Source: Parcubacteria bacterium C7867-007 (lineage in GTDB: Bacteria; Patescibacteriota; Minisyncoccia; Phycocordibacterales; Phycocordibacteraceae). From it: a stretch of DNA of 64,000 nucleotides. The translations under genes and the position numbers were made by a program. Below, piece by piece: positions 1-10,359 of the stretch. The stretch lies in assembly GCA_001189195.1 (NCBI GenBank), contig LFCQ01000002.1:4997-68996 (forward strand). Reading direction: 5' to 3'. Under the pieces are notes generated by a model. That model made no database searches, was not told where the DNA came from, and worked only from the letters and a program-made list of their open reading frames with translations. Position 1 is the stretch's first letter. Each line of letters opens with the position of its first letter.

Positions 1-33
1 CATAAACTGGTGGCTGAAGCAGTTCCAGCATAA
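1..33 (+). CDS. 3' end of an upstream gene (partial)
   Basis: Open frame HKLVAEAVPA* ends at TAA 31-33, just before a bidirectional hairpin. Confidence 0.4.
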   Translation, partial: HKLVAEAVPA

Positions 34-60
34 CGCCCTGGTTCAACCATCGACGCAGCA

Positions 61-84
61 AACCGCCCCGGAAACGGGGCGGTT
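61..84. terminator. Intrinsic terminator hairpin between convergent genes
   Basis: AACCGCCCCG-GAAA-CGGGGCGGTT perfect stem. Confidence 0.8.
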
Positions 85-87
85 ACT

Positions 88-954
88 TTATCTTTCTGTC
101 TTTGTTTGAATGCTTGTACCGTCACTAACAAATCTAATAGTTCCTGAATCAATAGTGGAATAAATCTTTGCTCCTTCAGCGTGAATGCGCTCAAGTACTT
201 CTGGACTTGGGTGACCATATGTATTTTCCTTTCCTGCAGAGATGGCCACAATACTGGGCCGTACTTGCCCAAGCCACGCCACACTTGTTGAGTGCCTTGA
301 TCCATGGTGCCCTGCCTTTAATACATCGCTCTCTATCTCTTCTGCGCTGTATTGGCGTATTAAATAGTTTTCTTGTTCTGAAGCGAGATCACCAGTGAAC
401 AGAAAAGAGGTGTCTCCATACACCACACGCATAGCAATGGACCCAGCATTCGTCTCCCCTTTTGAGACATCTCGATCTGGGTACAAAACATCTGCGTACG
501 CGCCACCACCAAGATGAATGCGCATATCTTTGCGTGCAATGAAACTCTTTGCTTTAGTTTCTCGCAACACTGAATCATTTAGCGTAAGAGTAACAGCGGT
601 GTCATTTGGAATCCCAGGACTCATAAAGTATGAAACTCCGTATTTACTGAATACACCAGGGAGACCAGCGATATGATCTTTATCTGGATGCGTCTCAACT
701 ACCATATCGATGGATCGATCAAGTATTCCCATCTCTAGTGCAAGCTTACGAAGAACAGAGCGATCCGGACCGCCATCAATGAGCATTTGGATACCGGTAG
801 GTCCTTGTATCAAGATAGAATCTCCCTGACCAACATCAAGGATGGAGACCCGTAGCGATTGGTCCGTATGTGCAAGCACTCCCTGCCATACAAAAATAGT
901 TAGTGCAGCAACTACGAGGATGATGCATGATACTGCGCCACGAGAAACCTGCAT
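88..954 (-). CDS. ComEC-type metallo-beta-lactamase-fold nuclease (stand-alone ComEC C-terminal domain)
   Basis: LDVGQGDS, THPDKDHIAG, FTGD, LKAGHHGS and N-x-YGHP motifs; N-terminal TM helix. Confidence 0.92.
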   Translation of the reverse strand: MQVSRGAVSCIILVVAALTIFVWQGVLAHTDQSLRVSILDVGQGDSILIQGPTGIQMLIDGGPDRSVLRKLALEMGILDRSIDMVVETHPDKDHIAGLPGVFSKYGVSYFMSPGIPNDTAVTLTLNDSVLRETKAKSFIARKDMRIHLGGGAYADVLYPDRDVSKGETNAGSIAMRVVYGDTSFLFTGDLASEQENYLIRQYSAEEIESDVLKAGHHGSRHSTSVAWLGQVRPSIVAISAGKENTYGHPSPEVLERIHAEGAKIYSTIDSGTIRFVSDGTSIQTKTER

Positions 955-957
955 GTT

Positions 958-1311
958 TTAGTGGACTGTTTCTCCTGTTGCACCAATTGCATTGAGAATC
1001 TCATCCAACACACTCACATCTGAGAGATCAATGTGTTCTGACGCATGCGCCACATCTTCAACATAGGCACGAAAACGCGCAGACAACGCCACACCACCTT
1101 CTTCATCGAGCCAACGTTCCATAGCTTTCCCGCGAATCGAACGCTCTACATCCATAGGATGCAACTCATCAATGGATTCATCTGGGTGTAGCCGGTGATA
1201 GAACCGGAGAGCAAGCATTGCTTGAAGAGGCAGTATCACCTCTGAAAGCAAGGGGTACCTCTCCGGCATTTCAGTATGCGGAGCAGGACGTTCTGGAAGC
1301 GATTCGTTCAT
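958..1311 (-). CDS. Hypothetical protein
   Basis: 117-aa ORF filling the gap; TATACT 7 nt upstream of ATG. Confidence 0.7.
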   Translation of the reverse strand: MNESLPERPAPHTEMPERYPLLSEVILPLQAMLALRFYHRLHPDESIDELHPMDVERSIRGKAMERWLDEEGGVALSARFRAYVEDVAHASEHIDLSDVSVLDEILNAIGATGETVH

Positions 1312-1429
1312 GTATATAAGTATATCCTGAGCTACTCCTATACTTTGAATACCTCAGATAGTGCTTAGTTTCCATTGATTTTCTACTTACTTTTAATAGG
1401 CGTATACTTAGGAAATAACCAGAACTACC

Positions 1430-2026
1430 ATGACCTACGCCCCACGCACGTTTAATCTTCCAGACCTTAAAGGACTTTCAAAGAAGCAGATAGAGGTTCA
1501 CCTTGCTCTGTATGAAGGCTACGTAAAACATACGAACCTTATTATGGAGAAAATTGAAAAGCTCCGTGAGGAAGATGCTGAGGGTAACGCATATCTTATG
1601 GCTGAGTTGCGTCGTCGTCTTGGATTTGAGTTTGATGGCATGCGCATGCATGAATACTACTTTGAGCAGTTTGAAGGAGACATGACTTCACAAGATTCAA
1701 GTCACCCCCTAACCGAAGCAGTAACAGATCGATACGGTTCATGGGAAAAATTCATTGCCCACGTAAAGGAAGTGGCTGGCACGCGTGGTATCGGCTGGAC
1801 AGTCGTGTACTACGATCCCCGTGGCCGAGTTATTCATACCGCATGGGTGAATGATCATGAGCTTGGTCAACTCGCAGGACTTCCTATCCTTCTTGCGGTT
1901 GATATGTGGGAGCACGCATATATGGTTGACTATCTTCCTGCAGACAAGAAGTCATATGTCGAAGCATTTCTTGAGAACGTAAACTGGTGTGTGCCCGAGG
2001 GACGATTCCTTGATGCCGTAACCTAA
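1430..2026 (+). CDS. Fe/Mn superoxide dismutase
   Basis: H-x3-Y-x-GYV, HEYYF and DMWEHAY metal-ligand motifs. Confidence 0.92.
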   Translation: MTYAPRTFNLPDLKGLSKKQIEVHLALYEGYVKHTNLIMEKIEKLREEDAEGNAYLMAELRRRLGFEFDGMRMHEYYFEQFEGDMTSQDSSHPLTEAVTDRYGSWEKFIAHVKEVAGTRGIGWTVVYYDPRGRVIHTAWVNDHELGQLAGLPILLAVDMWEHAYMVDYLPADKKSYVEAFLENVNWCVPEGRFLDAVT

Positions 2027-3552
2027 TACGCCGTTGCATAAAGATGCCTCGCACGTTCATCGTGTGGGGTATTTTTCTTTTGTCTCCATACCCACCACCC
2101 CAATAATGCGTATATGGGGATTAACCACCATGCAGAGAACGCAGGAATGATGCTATTGGCAAATGGTACTGACGCACCTACCTGCGCTATGTGAATTACA
2201 TACGTAAGGAGAATGTATGCTGGAATTCCTGCAATTAGTGCAAGTATGGGCATGAATGACGATACTGCAAAAGAGCATACTGCAGCGAGTGCCGAGGCAG
2301 CCATTGCAGCGGGCAGGACGGGCATAGCAAGAAGGTTTGCAGGTATTGCAACAAAGGAGAGATTGCCACTTTGATACAGCAGGATGGGTAGCACAGCCGC
2401 TTGTGCAGCAAGAGTTGTTGAAAGCATTTCGTGCAGCGTTGCATTCTTAATCCACAGCAACCGAGCACCAATAGGAGTTGAACCTAGTATTAGTCCAAGT
2501 GTAGCCATAAAGGATAGTTGAAGTCCCGGATCAAATACCAACAATAGTGGATTGATCAATAGCATGAGTGTGAGTGCAAGAAATAGCGCACGCAGTACGT
2601 CATAGGGGCGGTACGTACCCCGCGCCAGCAACGCAATGAGTGCCATGATTCCTGCACGCACCGCTGCAGTTCCTGCACCTGCCGCAAGTACGAACAACGT
2701 GATAACTACCGCAGCAATAGTGAGTGCAATTCTTTTGCGCACTCTGTGCAGTACCGCGAGTACCCCTTCAGCGACAATCATTACGTTATATCCAGAAAGC
2801 ACGACAATCTGCAGCATGCCCGTTACTGTGAATGCATCAAGCAGTTCTTTTCCAAGACCCTGCTTCCCTCCTGCTAATATGCCAACCGCAAGTGCACTTT
2901 CTGGTTCCGGAATGGACTGACCTATGGCACGTACAAAACCATCTTTCACGTATTCGAGACTTCTAAGAAACGAAAGCCATATGCGTGTATCTCTACCCAC
3001 TATCTGTACGTCCGCAGGTGAAGCTGATCCAAATACTCCATCCTTCGCAAGAAACTGGTCGTACCGAAACACACGACCTCCATCACTATCAAACGGTTCT
3101 GGTGCCTTAATCGTTCCGGTAACACGGACCCTATCTCCAACGTGATAGGTGTCGCGCAGTGACGCACTCGCAATGATCCGTGTACGTTCGGTTCCCTTAG
3201 TTATCTCCACTGTTAAACGGTTACTGGATTCACGAATATCAGGCGGAGAAATAATTACTCCTTCGATAACAGATTTTGTATTGAGTACTGGTTGAAATGC
3301 CCGTGAGATTTGCGTGGACGCATAGTGGGTGCGAACACTCCCAACACTAAAAGCAACCAGCGCAACTGATACCACCAACACATAGCGCAGGTTCAGTTCT
3401 AAACTTTTTCTGAAGACTATTCCTTGTATTCCACAGAAGATTCCTAGCAATAAAATTCCTATACAAACAAGCAGCGGTACCCCGAGTATCAATGACAAAA
3501 AGACACCTAGAAGGAATCCGAAAACTGCCGCATAGAAGTAATATGCGTCCAT
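2023..3552 (-). CDS. comEC: ComEC/Rec2 competence membrane channel (OB + competence domains)
   Basis: Multi-TM; F-x-x-TG-x-x-QIVVLSGYNV, AVRAGIM, GLQLSFMAT motifs. Confidence 0.92.
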   Translation of the reverse strand: MDAYYFYAAVFGFLLGVFLSLILGVPLLVCIGILLLGIFCGIQGIVFRKSLELNLRYVLVVSVALVAFSVGSVRTHYASTQISRAFQPVLNTKSVIEGVIISPPDIRESSNRLTVEITKGTERTRIIASASLRDTYHVGDRVRVTGTIKAPEPFDSDGGRVFRYDQFLAKDGVFGSASPADVQIVGRDTRIWLSFLRSLEYVKDGFVRAIGQSIPEPESALAVGILAGGKQGLGKELLDAFTVTGMLQIVVLSGYNVMIVAEGVLAVLHRVRKRIALTIAAVVITLFVLAAGAGTAAVRAGIMALIALLARGTYRPYDVLRALFLALTLMLLINPLLLVFDPGLQLSFMATLGLILGSTPIGARLLWIKNATLHEMLSTTLAAQAAVLPILLYQSGNLSFVAIPANLLAMPVLPAAMAASALAAVCSFAVSSFMPILALIAGIPAYILLTYVIHIAQVGASVPFANSIIPAFSAWWLIPIYALLGWWVWRQKKNTPHDERARHLYATAY

Positions 3553-3606
3553 GCACGAAGCATAGACGTAGAGTGTTCAAATCTCAGTAAAGAAGTTTTA
3601 AAGAAA

Positions 3607-4029
3607 CTATGACTTTCTGTCCATTGCCCTGTTCGCAAGTTCATCTGCATCCTTATTCTTCTCGCGAGGCACGTGTTCGAAGTGCACTTCTCCAAAGTTT
3701 CGAGCAAGCACATTCTTCACTTCCATGTACCGTGGAATTAAATTTGGGTGCTTCACCTTGTATGCACCTTTGAGTTGTTCAATCACTAACTTGCTATCCA
3801 TACGAATACGAAGTGACATCTGCTGAAAATATCCAGAGGGATATTCTTGATGTAGTTTCACAAGTCCCCGAAGAACTGCTTCATACTCGGCAACATTGTT
3901 GGTGGCAGTACCAAGGTAGTCAGCAACTTCCACCACTCGCTTGCCTGCAGTATCAAACACCACAGCGCCTGCTCCTGCATGTCCCGGGTTGCCCCGTGAA
4001 CCCCCATCAGCGTATAGCGTAAATTCCAT
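3607..4029 (-). CDS. rnhA: Ribonuclease HI (archaeal/actinobacterial-like type)
   Basis: YADGGSRGNPG, TNNVAEY, DSKLV, HVPREKNKDADELAN; start set at ATG 4029. Confidence 0.93.
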   Translation of the reverse strand: MEFTLYADGGSRGNPGHAGAGAVVFDTAGKRVVEVADYLGTATNNVAEYEAVLRGLVKLHQEYPSGYFQQMSLRIRMDSKLVIEQLKGAYKVKHPNLIPRYMEVKNVLARNFGEVHFEHVPREKNKDADELANRAMDRKS

Positions 4030-4052
4030 GAAACCAGTATACCTGAGCACTC

Positions 4053-5816
4053 CTATGCTATTGCAATCAACCGCATACGTACCGGCTGACCTCGGGTATA
4101 GGTATCTCGCTCAAGCGTACCGAGTAGCGTTGCAGGCTTTCCAATCTCTAGACGCTCATAGTCCTTTCCGAGATCCCTACGAGCAAAGAACGTAATAGCT
4201 TCTATGTCCGTACGATTGAATCCATCATCGCGTGTAACACGAACGCGAAGATGTTCCTCTCCTTTTCCGAACCATGAAACCTGTGAGACTTCACAACCCT
4301 GCAATGCAAATAATGGTTTTGGGTTATCCATACCAAATGGTGCAAGCTTCTCCGTACGCGAGAGTAGTGTAGAGAGCTGATCCGCAGAACTGATAGCGTA
4401 ATCAGCCATGGATACTCTATTTGCTAGCGATATCGGTGAGATCTTTCTAAATGCATCACAGAGATGTTCTTCAAAGGTAAATACGGCATCGTCTTTGAGT
4501 GTGAAACCTCCCGAAGCTGCATGACCTCCTGCTTCAACAAAAATATCTTCTGCTAGCGTCATCAACTCAACCACCGACACTCCTTTACGACCAGCACGAC
4601 AAGAACCCTTCGCAGTGGTGGAACCTTCACGCCCCCAAAGAAACACGGGGCGCTCATATTCTTCTGCAAGTGAGTTGGCAACTAGTCCAAGCAAGCCCGG
4701 ACGCCAGTCTGGATCTCCCATCGCAATCACTGGTGGTAGCTCACCATTATTTTCTTCTTTCTTTCGTTCAAGTCGCTCGTGCGCCGCACGGGTGACCGCA
4801 GCACCTGATGCCTTGCGGCTGCGATTTGTTTTCTCAAGTTCTTTTGCAAGCGTATCAGCTCGAGATTCGTCTGAAGTGGTGAACAGTTCAAACGCATCAC
4901 GTGGATCTCCCATTCGAGATGCGGCATTCACACGGGGAGCAATCATGAAACCAACATCATCTTCTGTAATGTATCGCTGATTCACTCGCGCAACACTACA
5001 CAGTTTTTGTAGTCCGATGCGTGGAGACTTTCGCATGACCAACAATCCATACTTCGCGATCACGCGGTTCTCACCCGTAAGAGGTACCATGTCTGCGATT
5101 GTGGAGAGGCCTGCCATGTCCAGTAGCCACTTCTCCCATCCTATTGGTATAGCATCACGACCTTTGAATCCTTTTGCGAGTACCGCGCACACAAGCTTCC
5201 ATGCAAGGCCCCCTCCACAAAAATCTCTGTACGCATTGGTCTCTCCCTCTTGCTTTGGATCAACCACCGCATAGGCAGGCGGCAGCTCCTCAGTACCATC
5301 TGCATTGCGTCGTGGAAGATGATGATCAGTAACTATGACGTCAATCCCAAGTGATTGTGCAAACGCAACATGCTCCACATCAGCAATCCCGCAGTCTACC
5401 GTGATGATGAGTGTCGTACCTTCGTCTGCAAGTTTTTGTATTCCTATTTGATTCAATCCAAATCCTTCTAAGTGACGATGCGGTATGTAGTTGGTAAAGT
5501 TTGCGCCCGCCTTCTTAAAGAAGTCATGCATGATGGTTCCACCAGGAATACCATCGCAGTCATAGTCACTCCATACGGTAATACGTTCTTGTGCATCCAC
5601 TGCATCAGCAATACGTTTCGCTGCGTGACGCATATTGAGTATTAGAAACGGATCACCAATATGTGCATCGTAGTTAGGAGAGAGAAACGCTTCTGCTGCC
5701 TCAGCACTATCGATACCACGCCTAGAAAGTAGACCTGCGGTAAAGTCGTCATAGGCTTTAAGTGCCTCACGCTTCAAGCCCTCTAGTGGTTCATGAAAAG
5801 AAAGCATCGTCTGCAC
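4053..5816 (-). CDS. recJ: Single-stranded-DNA exonuclease RecJ
   Basis: DYDCDG, TVDCG, TDHH, TIADMVPL, APRVNAASR, GGHAASGG. Confidence 0.95.
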   Translation of the reverse strand: MQTMLSFHEPLEGLKREALKAYDDFTAGLLSRRGIDSAEAAEAFLSPNYDAHIGDPFLILNMRHAAKRIADAVDAQERITVWSDYDCDGIPGGTIMHDFFKKAGANFTNYIPHRHLEGFGLNQIGIQKLADEGTTLIITVDCGIADVEHVAFAQSLGIDVIVTDHHLPRRNADGTEELPPAYAVVDPKQEGETNAYRDFCGGGLAWKLVCAVLAKGFKGRDAIPIGWEKWLLDMAGLSTIADMVPLTGENRVIAKYGLLVMRKSPRIGLQKLCSVARVNQRYITEDDVGFMIAPRVNAASRMGDPRDAFELFTTSDESRADTLAKELEKTNRSRKASGAAVTRAAHERLERKKEENNGELPPVIAMGDPDWRPGLLGLVANSLAEEYERPVFLWGREGSTTAKGSCRAGRKGVSVVELMTLAEDIFVEAGGHAASGGFTLKDDAVFTFEEHLCDAFRKISPISLANRVSMADYAISSADQLSTLLSRTEKLAPFGMDNPKPLFALQGCEVSQVSWFGKGEEHLRVRVTRDDGFNRTDIEAITFFARRDLGKDYERLEIGKPATLLGTLERDTYTRGQPVRMRLIAIA

Positions 5817-5847
5817 AGTGTATCAAAACGCGGTATTATGCGCGCAT

Positions 5848-6261
5848 ATGGAAGATACTATTTTCACTAAGATTATCCGTCGCGAAGTTCCTGCAGATAT
5901 CGTGTATGAAGACGCAGATACCTTGGCATTTCTAGATATTAGCCCCAACAGTCCTGGCCATACCTTGGTGATCTCTAAGAAACCGTTTGTAAATATCTTC
6001 GATATTGACGATGAGACACTTGCCGCTGTAATGCGAACCGTACGAAAGATTGCCCCTGCCGTGCGTGATGCGGTAGGTGCCAAGGGTGTACACATCAACT
6101 CAAACCACGGAGAAGAGGCAGGACAGGTAGTACCACACCTGCACTTCCACATTATTCCCCGCACCATTAAAGAAGAGTTTGTCTTCTGGCCTAAGAAGGA
6201 CTATGCAAAGGGTGAGGCAGCAGCAATTGCGGAACAGATTCGTACACAACTCGCTTCTTAA
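5848..6261 (+). CDS. HIT family hydrolase
   Basis: TIFTKII, GHTLVI, HLHFHIIPR histidine triad. Confidence 0.93.
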   Translation: MEDTIFTKIIRREVPADIVYEDADTLAFLDISPNSPGHTLVISKKPFVNIFDIDDETLAAVMRTVRKIAPAVRDAVGAKGVHINSNHGEEAGQVVPHLHFHIIPRTIKEEFVFWPKKDYAKGEAAAIAEQIRTQLAS

Positions 6262-7394
6262 CCAAGTGCTTCGATACCAGGAAGTGTATCCTTTGCGAGA
6301 AAGTCGAGCATTGCACCACCACCTGTTGAGATAAAAGAGAATCGGTCACTTAGACCAAGTTTCTCTACTGCAGCAACCGTGTCACCTCCACCCAAGATGG
6401 AATATGCATTAGACTGCGCAACTGCTTTCGCAAGTCCCTCTGTCGCATCCACAAAACCTTTCTCATAGTTGCCCAAGGGACCATTCCAAAGAATGGTCTT
6501 CGCGTTTGCTGTCAGCTTAGCGAGTGCCGCTACAGTCTTGGGACCATCATCGAGTATCGCTTCATCTTCAGGAACCTCATTAATGTCCTCGGCTTCTCCA
6601 CTACTGCGTGTTGAGCCCAAAGGAGCAGTAACTTCATCAATAGGAAGCATTAAGCGCGGATTGGTCATGAGCATACGTATCTCGCGATCATCTGCATCTG
6701 AAGACAGAAGTGATGTTCCAACCGTCTTACCACTTACGCGCATAAAGTCATTTGCGAGCGCTCCACCAACAAACACACGGTCATACCGTTCAAGCAATCG
6801 AACAAGCACCGGTTCCTTTGTACTAAACTTTGCACCACCAATGATTGCCACTGAGGGAGATGCAGGGCTGAGTGCCTTGGTTAGATGTTTCACTTCTTCT
6901 TCCACCAATAATCCTGCATATGAAGGGAGAAGTTCAGGAACACCCACCACAGAAGCATGTTCACGATGACACACATCAAATGCATCCTCCACAAACACGT
7001 CTGCTAGTTCTGCGAGTGCCGTAGCGAACTTTGAATCATTCTTTGTCTCACCTGCGTTACGTCGCAAATTCTCAAGCATCAACACATCTCCGGCATTCAT
7101 TGCACGGACGGCCGCACGCGCCTCTGGTCCTGTAGAAGAAGGACAGAAGGTAATTCGTGGAATAAATGCTTTCATTGCCTCACACACAGGAGCAAGTGTT
7201 TCTGTACCCTTCTCACCTAAGTGACCAATTAGAATTACGCGTGCATGACGTGAGCGCAAGTATTCAATAGTTGGGAGTGCACTTCTCAATCTAAAAGTGT
7301 TCGCCACCTTTCCATCTGCAATAGGGACATTGAGTGATGCGCGCACTAGTACTGGAATATTTGTTAGCTCGGGAATATCACGGACGCTTCTCAT
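6258..7394 (-). CDS. pgk: Phosphoglycerate kinase
   Basis: LENLR, IIGGAK, WNGPLG, GGGDT, STGGGA. Confidence 0.95.
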   Translation of the reverse strand: MRSVRDIPELTNIPVLVRASLNVPIADGKVANTFRLRSALPTIEYLRSRHARVILIGHLGEKGTETLAPVCEAMKAFIPRITFCPSSTGPEARAAVRAMNAGDVLMLENLRRNAGETKNDSKFATALAELADVFVEDAFDVCHREHASVVGVPELLPSYAGLLVEEEVKHLTKALSPASPSVAIIGGAKFSTKEPVLVRLLERYDRVFVGGALANDFMRVSGKTVGTSLLSSDADDREIRMLMTNPRLMLPIDEVTAPLGSTRSSGEAEDINEVPEDEAILDDGPKTVAALAKLTANAKTILWNGPLGNYEKGFVDATEGLAKAVAQSNAYSILGGGDTVAAVEKLGLSDRFSFISTGGGAMLDFLAKDTLPGIEALG

Positions 7395-7423
7395 ATACAC
7401 ATGATACCGCACCCCACATATTG

Positions 7424-8134
7424 CTACTTCACCCGCTTTGCAACGTCTTCAAACCAAAGTCGATATCCCTCAGAAGAAGGATGGAGTCCATCAGAGGCAA
7501 GATAGATTTCAGGATTATCACCAATTACTTTTGTTGCAGGTGAAATACCAAAGTTTATATATTCACCCACGCCAACGTGCTGAACTGCTTCAGCAAAAAT
7601 CTGATGATGCTGCTTATTTAGATGAGTGTGGATCCACGTGATTGGTGGTGGGAACAGCGTTGCACCACCCACATCTCCTGCAGAGATAACTATCACCTGC
7701 TCTGCATCCGGTAGCTGCCTAAGTGCCTTTTCAAGCAGCTCTCCAGACTTTTTTGCACTATGGAACTGAATAATGTCATTCCCACCAATTTGAATGAGTA
7801 TAAGGTCGTAGTGCATTAGAGATGCTTGTGCAATCTGCTCTGAAAGAGCTGCCGTTACGGCACCAGACTTCGCATGGTTCTCCACATACGTCATGTGTGC
7901 ATAAGCACTTAGTCGTCCCGCGAGAGATTCGTCTGGGGTGGTTGCACCAACACCCACTGCAGTACTATCTCCTAATACTAGGAGTGTTTTTGCTTTATCT
8001 TCAGATCGTAGTTGAAACGGAACAGCAGCATCTATAAGTTTTCGTGAGGTCTGTACCGTCGTATAAAAACGAAAGACCCAGGCTGCAATGCCGGCCACCG
8101 CGAGAACACCAAGTCCAATAAGGATGAATTTCAT
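7424..8134 (-). CDS. SGNH/GDSL hydrolase, membrane-anchored
   Basis: LGDST, GGND, DGLHP motifs. Confidence 0.9.
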   Translation of the reverse strand: MKFILIGLGVLAVAGIAAWVFRFYTTVQTSRKLIDAAVPFQLRSEDKAKTLLVLGDSTAVGVGATTPDESLAGRLSAYAHMTYVENHAKSGAVTAALSEQIAQASLMHYDLILIQIGGNDIIQFHSAKKSGELLEKALRQLPDAEQVIVISAGDVGGATLFPPPITWIHTHLNKQHHQIFAEAVQHVGVGEYINFGISPATKVIGDNPEIYLASDGLHPSSEGYRLWFEDVAKRVK

Positions 8135-8138
8135 CCTG

Positions 8139-8867
8139 TTATGATACCGCTTTTACGAGAGCCGTGAAGTTTTGAACATCAACACTTGCATGCCCGATAA
8201 GGAATCCATCTACACCACTTCCTGCTGCAAGCATGCGCACATTCCCTGGTTCAACTGAACCACCATACAAGATTTGATTTGAAGACATATAGTCGCCAAG
8301 TACTTTTCGTATATACAAGATCATTTCTGCAAGATCTCCCGGTGCTATAGCATCAGAGGCGTGCAAGCCAATTGCCCAGATGGGTTCGTATGCAACAATG
8401 ATCTTGATACGCTCCTGCGGTGTTAGTCCAGAAAATACTGCCGCTAATTGTGCGCGTATGAACTGAAGATATTGCGCATCACTATCACGCTCACGCTCAC
8501 CAATACAAAGGACAGGAGTCATTCCATGTGCAAGTGTGTGCTGGACCTTAGAAAAGATGATTTGATCACTCTCACCACGTGCACGTCGTTCAGAATGGCC
8601 AAGGATTACATACCGTGCACCGATACCAAAAGCAGCTGCAGCCGTCACCTCCCCTGTTTCTGCACCACCGGTTGAATTTGATATATCCTGAAGTGCAAAA
8701 GAAACTTTTGATCGGTTACCAGGAGCAAGCAATCCCACATGAGGTGCTGACGGTGCGAGGATAATACGAACACCCTTTCTTCCTGCAAGACGTTTTGCGG
8801 AAGCAAATAGTGCCTTCGCCTTTTGCGGGCTCTCAATATAGGCTTTCCAGTTACCTACGAATATCAT
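8139..8867 (-). CDS. tpiA: Triosephosphate isomerase
   Basis: GNWK, GHSERR, AYEPIWAIG, LYGGSV. Confidence 0.95.
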   Translation of the reverse strand: MIFVGNWKAYIESPQKAKALFASAKRLAGRKGVRIILAPSAPHVGLLAPGNRSKVSFALQDISNSTGGAETGEVTAAAAFGIGARYVILGHSERRARGESDQIIFSKVQHTLAHGMTPVLCIGERERDSDAQYLQFIRAQLAAVFSGLTPQERIKIIVAYEPIWAIGLHASDAIAPGDLAEMILYIRKVLGDYMSSNQILYGGSVEPGNVRMLAAGSGVDGFLIGHASVDVQNFTALVKAVS

Positions 8868-8891
8868 GCTGATAATCGTAGCATGCAAGAA

Positions 8892-10358
8892 CTATTCCTC
8901 TTGCCAGTCGACAAACTTATAAATGGTTGAGGTTATTGGTGTGAATGGAGGCGGGTTGGTGGAGAGCCCTCTATCAAAGGCATCAATGCGAGACATATAC
9001 CCAGACCATCTAAGGCCGCTACAGCCATACCCAGAGTAGTACCAGAGCGTATCGCTACGTTTGTTCGCAACGGTAGTGCCGTGTATAGAAAGAGCTCCTC
9101 GAATATCATTCGGTGCATTACCGCATGGATAAAGGTTCCTACCGAATGAACCGGATTGTGCAATGAACACACCACTTATATTCATATTGAATGGTGAGTT
9201 GGGTGGAATGAGAACGTCGTTCTCTGCAATGGCCGTGAGCCCAGAGATGCCACTTGGATTACTGTATGTAATATCTCCTGGAAGATAAATGTTCGGTGCA
9301 ATACCGGGCGTTGTAACATTCGCAGCAATGACTGTTACTGAACTTGGAATCGTTCCTTCAATCCAGGTATTATCTTCAACGAAAATGAGACCACAGCTTG
9401 AAGACAGCGGGTAGGTATTCACGAGTGTCTGTGTGGCAATACGTGAATAGTCTGCCTGGAGTGATGTGACACTAGGATTACTTATTGGAATAGAAGGGGT
9501 GTTGGTCTCGTTCGTCACACGGTACACCGTTACCGTTCCTGCTGCATTAAATACAAGATGGTATCCCCTACCTGCTGCCGCACCTGTGGTGCCGGAACTC
9601 GTACGAGCGAAGTACAGTGCACCGCCCCCTGCTTGAGCAAGTGTTTTAAGACTCGTGAAGTCTGCTGCAATCGCAGCAAAGTCTACCTGCGGTGTTGGAT
9701 AGCTCCAGTATTCAGGGTGCGGACCAGTACCAAATACCCCTGGTCTAGCCACTGAAGGAGAGCAGCCAAAGCTTGCCGTACAGGTCCATGTTGAAAGTGA
9801 GCTTGTTACGGATGAATTCGCAACACCATCTAGACGCACACCACCATTTGTATGGTACGGACCATTAATGATACGTTCGTCGCTTGCCCAGTCACTGCTA
9901 TTAAGCACATAGGAATACTCCGCTACGGTTGGCTGTGCGTATTTCGCATAGAGAGTACGGGAAACATTTGAACCGTCATTTGGTGACCCTGTTGAGGTGA
10001 TATCGATAGAACGGATCTGGCCACAAGCAAGATGTCCGGCTATATCAAGCTCAATAGTTCCCGCGGGTCCTCCTTCAGGGTCAACAAATGGAAGTGTGTA
10101 TGGTCCTGGTACACCCGTACCGTTTTGGAGATCTGTGGGGAAGTGTGCAAGATGCCAGCGGTAGTATTCAAGCCCCGCTTCAGCCATAGCAAGCGCTTTA
10201 CTACGACCAGTACTCGCGCTTTGTGCATGATTCTCTGTGAGTACAAAACTTGAGAGTGAGCCAAGCACGGTAAGAAAGATTGAACCGAATACAAGTGCAA
10301 GCAACATCAAATACCCTCCTCGTGGATGTTTGTGTATATAGTGTGCATTTCGATTCAT
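8892..10358 (-). CDS. PilX-like minor pilin / pilus assembly protein
   Basis: N-terminal GG-YLMLLALVF hydrophobic segment and ALAMAEAGLEY motif; in minor pilin operon. Confidence 0.75.
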   Translation of the reverse strand: MNRNAHYIHKHPRGGYLMLLALVFGSIFLTVLGSLSSFVLTENHAQSASTGRSKALAMAEAGLEYYRWHLAHFPTDLQNGTGVPGPYTLPFVDPEGGPAGTIELDIAGHLACGQIRSIDITSTGSPNDGSNVSRTLYAKYAQPTVAEYSYVLNSSDWASDERIINGPYHTNGGVRLDGVANSSVTSSLSTWTCTASFGCSPSVARPGVFGTGPHPEYWSYPTPQVDFAAIAADFTSLKTLAQAGGGALYFARTSSGTTGAAAGRGYHLVFNAAGTVTVYRVTNETNTPSIPISNPSVTSLQADYSRIATQTLVNTYPLSSSCGLIFVEDNTWIEGTIPSSVTVIAANVTTPGIAPNIYLPGDITYSNPSGISGLTAIAENDVLIPPNSPFNMNISGVFIAQSGSFGRNLYPCGNAPNDIRGALSIHGTTVANKRSDTLWYYSGYGCSGLRWSGYMSRIDAFDRGLSTNPPPFTPITSTIYKFVDWQEE

Positions 10359-10359
10359 A

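Noticed and set aside
40-58. Reverse-orientation partial match to the cassette site (GGTTCAACCATCGACGCAG, 15/19)
   Set aside because: The CTGCCAG end is missing and a match at this level is plausible by chance in 64 kb; context is cut by the window edge.
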